A model generated the notes under the pieces. It had not been told where the DNA came from. It was given only the letters and a program-made list of their open reading frames with translations, and ran no database searches. Below are positions 1-9,611 of a stretch of DNA of 64,000 nt, one piece after another; the first letter of the stretch is position 1, and every line of letters begins with the position of its first letter. This DNA comes from Octopus sinensis (lineage: Eukaryota). A program made the position numbers and the translations under genes. Location of the stretch: the NCBI RefSeq assembly GCF_006345805.1, contig NC_042997.1, forward strand, positions 86,986,001-87,050,000, given 5' to 3'.

Positions 1-17
1 ATTGTTTTAGTCTTCAA

Positions 18-105
18 ATGATCGAAAGGGGACTGGAGCAATGTGGAATGAAGTGTTTCGCTCAAGAACCCAATGCGTCGTCCAGTCAGGGAATCGAACC
101 CACGC
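18..105 (-). mobile_element. tRNA-derived SINE 5' head fragment (head type C)
   Basis: Reverse complement reads GGGTTCGATTCCC (B box) followed by CTTGAGCGAAACACTTCATTCCACATTGCTCCAGTC, the same head as the SINEs at 42373-42701 and 45840-46131. Confidence 0.7.
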
Positions 106-249
106 ATTCATTATGTATGTATGTATTACGCGCGCGCGCGCATATATATATATATATATATATATAGCTTGATTCTATAAACGATTGTGTCACTGTAGTT
201 CTATAGTCAGCATGTCTTTGGAGTTCCTTAATATGAATCGTTAGTTCGT

Positions 250-400
250 CGGACATAATGCTTACTGGCCTTTCTTTCATCTTGCCTTTCGTCCTGTGGG
301 GTCGTTAAGATAAAGTAGCAGTCATGTACTAGGTTCGATGTAATCGAGTAATCTCCCCTATCCCGGAAATTGCCAAAATTAGGAGGAATTATTACTTTTG
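250..400 (+). mobile_element. Degenerate SINE (family D)
   Basis: GCCTTTCGTCCTGTGGGGTCG...TCGATGTAATCGA resembles the family D copies at 23572, 43851 and 49652. Confidence 0.5.
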
Positions 401-823
401 CATCAGGCTTTATAATTAAAAGCATTCAACCGTGACTGTCTCTTAAATTTCGGATATGCTTCATGCAACTGCATTACTTGATGTGTCCTTTCTTTAAATG
501 AAGTCGTTTGAATAGAATTTAAGGGTGATTTGACCTATTTTCTGCATGATCAATCAAAATAGGGACACTCTTGTTGGGTAAATGTTCTATCATTAGAAAT
601 AATGGGCGTGATCAATTATGAGTGCTACTATAATATTATTGGTAGTTGTTGAGAGCGACTAATATTCGTTATGCTGTAGGCGTGGTATGAAGTGTGAAGT
701 CTGGAAGCTCGGTCGGCATTATGGCATTTTATCTAGTTTTTCAGTATAAAATGTGACCGCGTGTGTACCGTTGGCGATTTTTTTCCCTCCGTTTCCCCTT
801 CTCTGGATCTTTCCTTTTCATAT

Positions 824-858
824 GTTTCCGATGAAGAGCTCCGCTCGAAATGTAAAAC
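824..858 (+). ncRNA. Minimal type I hammerhead ribozyme motif (U4C variant) in a short repeat (~745-965)
   Basis: GTTT-CCGATGA-A-GAGC/TCC/GCTC-GAAA-TG-TA-AAAC: stem I GTTT/AAAC, perfect 4-bp stem II, GAAA core, predicted cleavage 3' of A854. Confidence 0.65.
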
Positions 859-963
859 CCTCCTTCTTCCCTTCCTTCCTGAGCGTCCAATAATACTATA
901 TCTGTTCCACGTCCTCGCGTTGTTGTGTTTTCTCTCTTTGTGTTTTCATGTTTGGATTAACTT

Positions 964-965
<2 letters not shown>

Positions 966-1050
<85 letters not shown>
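966..1050. repeat. (TA)n microsatellite
   Basis: Direct reading. It is one of dozens of (TA)n, (TG)n, (CATA)n, (ATCT)n, (AAT)n, (AAC)n and (CTT)n tracts in the window. Confidence 0.98.
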
Positions 1051-1929
1051 TAGGATAAGATCGTTATTTAAATATCGATCTTATCAAGTGGCCAGCATGG
1101 CAATAGGGTACCCCAGAATTAACTATCTATTTTAGTGAAAACGGACAACTCACTTTTATTTATGTTTATCATGTTTAATATGTGCTGAAAGTATGAATTT
1201 TAAATTTTGTTTATGATTTTATAATTTTTAATTATTTTATTTCCATTCCTATTGGACCCCGCATATCTGTCCACAATAGCGTTTTTCCAATTTGGCTACA
1301 ATCATTTTCTCCATATCCTAGGATGGAGCAATAGTTTAGTAGAACTTAAAGAATGCATTCAGTTAGCAGTGCAGATAACTGAATGCATTCTCCTCAAATG
1401 CACTAAGAATATTTTTGAAATTTTCAGGGATACAGACACGTGCTGAAAATTTTCTATAAAGTTTTGACGTAGGATTTTATAAATCTATTTGTTTTGATAT
1501 CATAATTAAGTAATAAACATACAATTCTGACATTTAAAAAAAATTTGCCCGATTTAATTGAAATAGAGAGTTAACTCTGGAACAGCCTACATATATAGTT
1601 AATATTATATATACATAGTTTGCTTATATACACACACATACACAAACATATAATGAGAGATAAAGAGATAGATATATGTATGTACTTGTGTGCGTGTATG
1701 TTTATATATATATATAAAGATGAGCTTATGTGTGTGTCTGTAAGTCTGTGTGTCTGTCTATCTTTGTGCGAGCCCAGAGCAATCTCTTATCTCTTCAACT
1801 ACTTCAGTATTACATATCAAAAGTGAAACAATAATATCTCTCTACTGTAATGTCAGATAATTTCATTTTAATAGTTTCACTATTAATACTGAAACTATTA
1901 AAGTGAAACTATTATTTCGCATATATACA

Positions 1930-2081
1930 GGCATACATACATAGATACATAGATACATAGATACATATATACATACATACATACATACATACATACATAC
2001 ATACATACATACATACATACACACACATATATATTATGTATATATATATATATATTATGTATGTATGCATCTGCACATATG

Positions 2082-2137
<56 letters not shown>

Positions 2138-2410
2138 TATATATATAGATGAATATATATAGATGTATATAAATATAGATGTATATCTATAAATGTATAT
2201 CTATAGATGTATATGTATAGATGTATATATATGGATGTATATGTATAGATGTATATATATAGATGTATATATATATAGATTTATATGTTTATATATGTAT
2301 ATATGTATGTATATATATATATATTATATGTGTGTGTGTGTGTGTGTGTGTGTTGTGTGTGTGTGTGTATATACATATATGTATATATGTATCTGCACAT
2401 ATGTATATAT

Positions 2411-2468
<58 letters not shown>

Positions 2469-2628
2469 TGAATATATATAGATGTATATAAATATAGATG
2501 TATATCTATAAATGTATATCTATAGATGTATATGTATAGATGTATATATATGGATGTATATGTATAGATGTATATATATAGATGTATATATATATAGATT
2601 TATATGTTTATATATGTATATATGTATG

Positions 2629-2674
<46 letters not shown>

Positions 2675-2708
2675 CATATATGTATATATGTATCTGCACA
2701 TATGTATA

Positions 2709-2774
<66 letters not shown>

Positions 2775-2800
2775 ATATATAATACACTCAGACACACACA
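1930..2800. repeat. Compound microsatellite with a ~319-bp higher-order tandem unit
   Basis: GATGAATATATATAGATG recurs at 2148 and 2467; ATCTGCACATATGTA recurs near 2069, 2390 and 2692. Confidence 0.9.
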
Positions 2801-2829
2801 CATACATGTATGGTTATGTGCATATTTAT

Positions 2830-3000
2830 TGCTATTATATAAAAGTCAATGTTTTTATGTGTGTTCGTGTGTTACTTATAGATTCGAAAACTACTGCACC
2901 AATCCTAATGAAATTTTGTACACAAAATTTAAGCCTAGGGAGAAGGGTAATGCTGTATGTTTCATACAATTTCATGAACCAAAATTACTGAATGGATCCT
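2830..3000 (+). mobile_element. Possible non-autonomous Helitron-like 5' segment
   Basis: TATTATATAAAAG...TGTGTGTTCGTGTG...AAAACTACTGCACCAATCCTAATGAAATTTTGTACAC resembles the layout of the element starting at 48453 (CCGATTCTGATGAAACTTGACACA). Confidence 0.35.
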
Positions 3001-3169
3001 TATGATATTTGGAACTTAGATTTAATGCATAAGGGCGGGTATAATGCAGTATGTTTGGTTTGAATTTGAGGTGGCTTAAAGGGGGAAGAACCCCGCATGA
3101 AAATATTGTACTCTATCAAATGTTTAGAGTAATCCTTCAAGCAATGTAAAATTGGTTTTATTATAACAT

Positions 3170-3790
3170 AAAAACAAACATTTCGAGACGTTCATGCCAC
3201 GCGTTACAACCTTTGCAGCGTTCATAGAGCATTGAGTAGCAATCATGATGTCGGTATTTTGATAGCCAGCATGGATCACTATGATGCTGGTAACTCTTTT
3301 CCAATATTCAGATAGCTTTACTGTGGGTGCAACTGCTATAGTCAGTGCCTTTAAGAAGCTGATAACAACGTGGTTCATAGAGATACAATCTTCCCATAAC
3401 ACATGACATTATTGCTAAGACGGTGATACTATACGCAGGAAAGATTGTTCTGATTGCCATACCAAAGGCATACCAGAACCAGACAGTATCCACACCTTTA
3501 AAAATAAAGACTACTGGTGGACATTCTGATGAAATCAGTAACCCAGTGTGAACCCAACAGGGCAGATATAGTTGTATGAAATAGGGAGTAAGATTTATGC
3601 AGCGTTGCAGAGGCCAGTAGCCGAGCGAATGTGAATGTCTCTTCAGAAATTGGAGAAAAGAAGAACAACTGCTGAGAACTAATAAGAAACCAACAGCTCT
3701 TATATCCAAGCTTTATATAGGTTTTCATTTGTTCCTATTAACATGGGTACACTGGTCTACGTAACAACTGGTCGGTAGAGAAACCTAGAA
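3170..3790 (+). mobile_element. Heavily degraded RLE-type (R4/Dong-like) non-LTR retrotransposon, C-terminal part
   Basis: Plus-strand frames give HDIIAKTV (RHD motif), NKDYWW and TQCEPNRADIVV*NRE*DLCSVAEAS...EIGEKKNN..ELIRNQQLLYP, a PD..D endonuclease relic with stops and frameshifts. Confidence 0.7.
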
Positions 3791-4484
3791 ACGCTTGGGT
3801 TATCCCAAAATGAACAGACTGATTCTCATTCTTCAATCGATCAGAGAATAAGTAGGAATTTCAGGGATTCTCTATTTAATGCTCCCGGGTAAACGCACAC
3901 AGAATCACACTAACACGAACAGTAATGACACACAGTTATTTTCTATCAAGAAACTCACACCTTAATTACATGTTTATCCATATGCACACACATACACGCA
4001 ACACGCATACGTATATGCATAATCAACCAATGCATGTAACAACAGTTTCCAAGAGCTGTCTTGTCTTAGACAAAAGAACCTAGCCACTTCGTCAATAATC
4101 AGCTTCAATTTTGAAAAGGAGGAAAAAACTATGGAAATAAATCCATAGAAGTATATACGTATGTTTGTTGTATGTATGTTCTTTTTCTCTTATTAAGTTT
4201 AGAGTAAATTTTGACCGGCCACCTACTTGGTAGCAAGGTTATGAAGCAAAGAATCTTCTTTTAGCCATCATCCTTCAAATCTTAAGAAGGTCTTGCAGAT
4301 TTTTTATAGTCCCTGGATATCTTGATCATTTGTAGCGTATGAATTAAGGATTTACATTCTCTCCCTAAGATCCCAAGTTCAGCCATATTTGACTCCAAAC
4401 GGGTTGGTATGTAACTTGTTGCTCCAATGTATGTATGTATGTATGTATGTATGTATGTATGTATGTATGTATGTATGTATGTGT

Positions 4485-4782
4485 GGAGGCACATGGCCTA
4501 GTGGTTAGAGCAGCAGACTCGCGGTCGACGGTTTGCGGGTTCAAATCTCAGACCGGGTAATGTGCGTGTTTATCAGCGAAACACCTAAGCTCCACGCAGC
4601 TCTGGTAGAAGGTAATGGCGAACTTCTGCTGACTCTTTCGCCACAACTTTCTCTCACTCTTTCCTCCTGCATCTTGCAGCTCACCTGCGACGGACCGGCG
4701 TCCCGTCCAGGCGGGGAACCTATACGCCAAGAAAACCGGGAAACCGGCCCTTATGAGTCAGGCATGGCTCGAGAAGGAACAA
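4485..4782 (+). mobile_element. tRNA-derived SINE (head A + tail X) inside a (TATG)n tract
   Basis: A box TGGCCTAGTGG at 4494 and B box GGTTCAAATC at 4538. The first ~190 bp match the head of the SINE at 27149-27657. (TATG)n lies on both sides. Confidence 0.9.
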
Positions 4783-4860
4783 TGTATGTATGTATGTATG
4801 TATGTATGTATGTATGTATGTATGTATGTATGTATGTATGTATGTATGTATGTATGTATG

Positions 4861-4892
<32 letters not shown>

Positions 4893-5289
4893 GATGTATG
4901 TTATTTTACTTTATGCTGTTAAGGTACCGACCAGTTTACATTAAGTTGTTCAAACTAAAAAAAAAACACTTTTTTCCATAAAATATGTAATTTTTCCGTT
5001 TATTCTGAAATTAATTTTTTATAAATATATTTGTACATACATCTTGAAATGGGAACAAAAACCGACCTTCCGGACACTGATGCTCCGGAACATCTTATAA
5101 TTTTCACTAATTTACGATTGGGAACTAAAATTTCTTGTGGCCGCCTGAATATTTATTGCTGTCATGCGCAGACTAATACTTTGCATAATACAGTACCAAT
5201 AACCTTGTAACATTTATGTTAATATACAGGTACCTGTATTTCATTTAATTATTTAAGTAAATTTAAGGGTCTTCATTAAGATTACCACT

Positions 5290-5820
5290 CCTGATTCAGA
5301 AAAGTCAATATTCCGGGAATTCAGAAGTAGAGATTCCAGCCTTGAAGATGAGGCCCGAACAAGACGGTTAATTGAGTTTGATGACAAGCTCATTTTGGCC
5401 GAATTTGAAAAAGATCATGCACTTTCAGTTGAAGAATTGGTGGCAACAATCTTCATTCAAGCCATACATCTGTTCACCGCCATCTTCAACAGCTTGGAAA
5501 GCTCCCAACGCGGAAAATGGGTGTCTCATTATTTGTTGGAAGCCAACCGCAAATCCCGAGTGAACATCTGCTCTTCTCTTCATTCTCGTGAACTCATCTC
5601 GCCCATTTTGGACAGACCAGTGACCGGTGATGAAAAAAAGGGTCTTTTATCAAAATGTTAAGCATCGTAGACATAGGCTTGGTGAAGGAGAAAAGGCCCA
5701 ACCACAACTGAAGAGGGAACTTAATGCGAAGCAGGTTCTTCTCTCTGTTTGGTGAGATTGCGAAGGAGTCATCCACTTTGAGTTGCTACCAACTAACGCA
5801 ACAATCAATGTTTTCTCATG
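5290..5820 (+). mobile_element. mariner transposase fragment (pseudogene)
   Basis: FREFRSRDSSLEDEARTRR (HTH region), GKWVSHYL (WVPHEL motif), LDRPVTGDEK (first catalytic D) and KQVLLSVW*DCEGVIHFELLP. Contains stops; no TIRs found. Confidence 0.9.
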
Positions 5821-5997
5821 ACTTCTCAAAGTTGTACGACGCATTAAACTATGTAATGGCAGACATTACTAAAGAGTAATTACTTTGGCAAGAAAGAAAG
5901 ACAACTGCAAAGACGTTTAGTACTTATTACGACTTCATTTGGAAGCAAAAACTCCATTATACTCGCTGAAGTAGAGCTGACGCAATAGTATGTGAGG

Positions 5998-6201
5998 ATA
6001 GGTGCAGGTATGGCTCTGTGGTTAAGAAGCTCGCTTTGCAACCACATGGTTTGAAGTTCAATGCCATCGTGCGGCACATTGGGCATGTGTCTTCTACTAT
6101 AGTCCCGGGCTGCTAATGTCTTGAGTCAATTTGGTAGACAGAATCTGAAAGAACTCCGCCATACATACATACATACATACATACATACATACATACATAC
6201 A

Positions 6202-6232
<31 letters not shown>

Positions 6233-6431
6233 GTATGTGTGTGTGTGTGTATTAGTTTGTCGCCACTACTTGACAACAGGTGTTGGTTTGTTTACGGTCT
6301 AGTAACTTAGCGGTTGAGCAAAATAAGTATTAATGTCGATTTGTTCGACTAAACCTCTTACGGCGGTGTCCCAGCATGGTCGCAGTCTAATGACTGAAAC
6401 AAGTAAAACAAGTAAAAAGACATAAAAGATA
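5998..6431 (+). mobile_element. tRNA-derived SINE with internal microsatellite (family E, CORE-like)
   Basis: Head TGGCTCTGTGG..., body GGCACATTGGGCATGTGTCTTCTACTATAG, internal (CATA)n/(TG)n, tail CTTGACAACAGG...CAGTCTAATGACTGAAACAAG. Confidence 0.85.
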
Positions 6432-6842
6432 CTAATGTACATTGGCCAGCGTCAGAAAACAGAAATGCTTTGAAAATAAATAACTCATAGACGCATTCTG
6501 CAGCAAAAAAGAAAGAGTGAGAGAAAAAGCAATAGCTGTTAATGTTAATATTTATAGCAGTTTTGACTTCACACTTCGACGTGTATTAATCACGTGTCAT
6601 CATCGATTGGTAATGCAAGGTCAAATTGAGTTAGAATGGTTAGGTCTAAAGGTTAGTCACTTCGAACTTGCACTGCACGGTAAAGAATTAAATATCGAAA
6701 CCTTTTCCCACGATGTGCCTCATGTGACAACACACGGAGGCCTGTAAAATTCTAAGACTTAAATTGCAAAGACAGTAACAAAAAAGGAATGAACTAGTTC
6801 CCTTCCCACAAAATTTAAGGCCGTGTGCTTTTAGAAGAAAGG

Positions 6843-6874
<32 letters not shown>

Positions 6875-7015
6875 GTGAAAGAGCAGCACACGCCATGAAA
6901 GTGACGCTGGTGTACAAATTATACGAAGCTCAATATACCTATCATGACAACCCGTCTGATAAGGGTACACCAAGCACATGCATTACAACCATATGTGCGC
7001 GACATGGTGAACCCT
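6875..7015 (-). mobile_element. Short retroposed segment between two (ATT)n tracts
   Basis: About 140 bp of non-repetitive sequence with (ATT)n on both sides; on the minus strand it ends in (AAT)n like the R4/Dong copies. Confidence 0.45.
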
Positions 7016-7762
7016 ACTATTATTATTATTATTATTGTTGTTGTTGTTGTTGTTGTTATTATTATTATTATCATTATTATTATTATTATTCCAGATAACA
7101 GCTGTGCAGGAAAATGTCAGTAACAGGGTGTGGTTCCGAGGTGTGCTTGCGCTATGACACTCCTAGCTTTGAATATGGATGCACATTGTACGTTACACAC
7201 AGCTGTGTGTTTGAAGCACATGGCTGCGATTTCTAACCAGTTGCCTTGGCTGCAGTTCTTTATATATTTGTTTACTCTAAAAGAAGAAGTAAATAAATAA
7301 ATATTTTTTTTTTACCTTGATTAACATATTAGTATATCAACAGCTGTTGTACTCTCTTGTAAATGCTGTTTTCAATCTAATCTAATTCAATATCATTTTA
7401 TAGTCGTTGTATACGAACTCGACAAAAGGTTAATGGCATTTCAGAGAAATTGATTTTACATGGATTATGCTAACTTGTTTGTATGTGGGCGAAAAGTTAA
7501 GAAAATGACAACTAACGTGAGATATGACAAGACACTCAAGACTACAAATCTTCTATTTTATTGAAATTTGTGTACTATTAAGTGAGACGCAACTCCGTAG
7601 ATTCTCTGGGCTATCTGAAGGAGCAGAACTTGATTGAAGCCATTCAAGTCGTGAACATTCCGGTTTTTTTTCAGGCATCATATATCGAGGACTACATCAA
7701 TCAATGTCCTCTCAATTTTTAAAGACAGGAGAACACATTTACACGCACAGCTGTTATCTAGA

Positions 7763-7797
<35 letters not shown>

Positions 7798-7810
7798 AAT
7801 AATAATAATA

Positions 7811-7864
<54 letters not shown>

Positions 7865-8880
7865 GCGCACGAGCAATTGGAGCGCACGAGCAATTGGCTG
7901 CGCACGAGCAATTGGCGCGCACGAGCAATTGGCTGATAGGTGGGAGGAGAAACCTCTGCACGGCAAATATGTGACCCGCAGCAAACAAGCTGATGTTGAC
8001 CAGAAGCAAACCCATCAGTGGCTGCGGAGCTCAGGGCTAAAAGCAGAGAGCGAAGGTTTCCTCCTGGCTGCTCAAGACCAAAGCCTATCAACCCGGAACT
8101 ACCAGGCCAATGTGATGAAAAATGGAGCAGACCCAAAATGCCGATTCTGCAACGACATGATTGAAACAGTGGACCACCTAATCTCTGGATGTAAAGTCTT
8201 AGCACCAGTGGAGTATAAATTAAGACATGACAGAGTTGGCCAATATCTCCACTGGCTAATAAGTCGGCATTACAATATCAAAACTGCCGACAAGTGGTAT
8301 AATCACCACCCTGAGGCTGTAACTGAAGGAGAAAATGTAACCATTCTGTGGGACTTTCCAGTACATACAGACCGAACCATCAAGGCCAATAACCAGATAT
8401 TGTTGTGAAAGACCAAAACAATAAAGTTTGCTTATTGATCGACATGAGCATCCCCTGTGATCATAATATCTCAGCGAAAGAGTTTGACAAGCTCAGAAAG
8501 TATAAAGACCTACTCATTGAAATTGAGAAAATGTGGCATCTCAAGGCGGTTACAATACCAGTGATCGTAGGAGCACTAGGAATGATCAAGAAGGGAACCG
8601 AAAATTATATGAGAATGATCCCTGGCTTACCATCCCTGCAAGAAGTGCAAAAGATTGTCTTAACTGGTACATCACACGTATTGAGAAGAGCATTGTCGAT
8701 GTGAGAACTGTTGCTGCTCATGCATTTTAATTTAACTTAAAAAAAAAATTTTTTTTTAAATGAACGAACTACTGAGTTTGGTTTAATGGCCTACCAATAT
8801 ACACTATGAGTTTCTTTGCCCTAGGAGTCGGGAAGACACTCGGCAAGAAATGGAAGAAAATTTGAAAGAAGAAAAAAAAA

Positions 8881-8882
<2 letters not shown>
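7865..8882 (+). mobile_element. R4/Dong-like RLE LINE, 5'-truncated copy A
   Basis: ORFs 7929-8408 and 8405-8704 (one frameshift): WEEKPLHG, CRFC..ETVDHLISGC zinc knuckle, RHD, ILWDFPV, (R)PDI..IDMSIP endonuclease, IPVIVGALG. Flanked by (AAT)n at 7797-7864 and 8883-8908. Confidence 0.95.
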
Positions 8883-8911
<29 letters not shown>

Positions 8912-9278
8912 ATGTGTGTTGTTGTAAGGGTTTTGCGTGTAAACAAGACTAACAAAATTTTGAAGGAAAAATCAACAATGTGTAGTCCTCAATAGGGAGT
9001 AGACGTTCGAAGGCTGCTTATGGAAAAAAAAAACCATAAAAAAACCTGACTTTGGGATAGGTGCCTTTTTTCCTTTCCAACTGCAGTTTTTTCCAACTAC
9101 AGGCGTATGCTTAGAGCAGGCCCGTTCACTCGCATCACTCTCGCCACTTTCATCCACCTTTCAGGAAACTGGCTAGAAGACAACACTTCCATCTCTATCT
9201 TTAATTTCCTTTTCAAGTGAAACTTGAAGAAAATTACTATTTTTAAATCTCACAACGAGAGACATTCAGCAACAGTAC

Positions 9279-9600
9279 TTTGGAGTAAAGATTTTTGCCA
9301 ACATAACATGGCAGTCCTGGAATAGGACGAATGTTGCTGTAATTTAGCCCCAGGAGACATCGTCTCCAGCTGGCTACACGCTGCCAGATTCTGTGCTGAT
9401 GAAGGGAAATAACCCGGAAATCGCGATACACAGATATTGTTTTGAGCTGAGTGGGGTGCTAGATTCCTTGTTCGAAAATATAAGGACACAGATCGTGTCG
9501 TGTAGCCAGCTGGAAACGATATCTCCTGGGGCTAAATTACAGCAACATTCGTCCTAAACTAGAACTGCCATGCTATGTTGGCAAAAATATTTACTCCAAA
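9279..9600. repeat. Fold-back element: ~102-bp inverted arms (9279-9380 / 9499-9600) around a 118-bp spacer
   Basis: TTTGGAGTAAA...GCTGGCTACACG versus CGTGTAGCCAGC...TTACTCCAAA, roughly 85-90% complementary by eye. Confidence 0.95.
9390..9434 (+). ncRNA. Minimal type I hammerhead ribozyme motif in the fold-back spacer
   Basis: TCTGTG-CTGATGA-AGGG/AAATAA/CCCG-GAAA-TCGCGA-TA-CACAGA: perfect 6-bp stem I, canonical core, palindromic stem III ATCGCGAT, AUA cleavage after 9428, A-G mismatch at the base of stem II. Confidence 0.8.
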
Positions 9601-9611
9601 CTTGAAGAAGT

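Noticed and set aside
3308-3709. Minus-strand ORF with PYFIQLYLPC, resembling the M1 helix of Cys-loop receptors
   Set aside because: The plus strand of the same bases encodes recognisable RLE-LINE motifs (HD, YWW, NRADIVV), so the minus ORF is an antisense by-product.
4485-4560. tRNA-like sequences with A and B boxes (also at 27580-27657, 42620-42701, 45840-45900)
   Set aside because: No complete cloverleaf, and each continues into a shared SINE body, so they are SINE heads rather than tRNA genes.
7865-7934. Short direct repeats resembling a CRISPR array
   Set aside because: No spacers between the units; the sequence is LINE coding sequence in a eukaryotic context.
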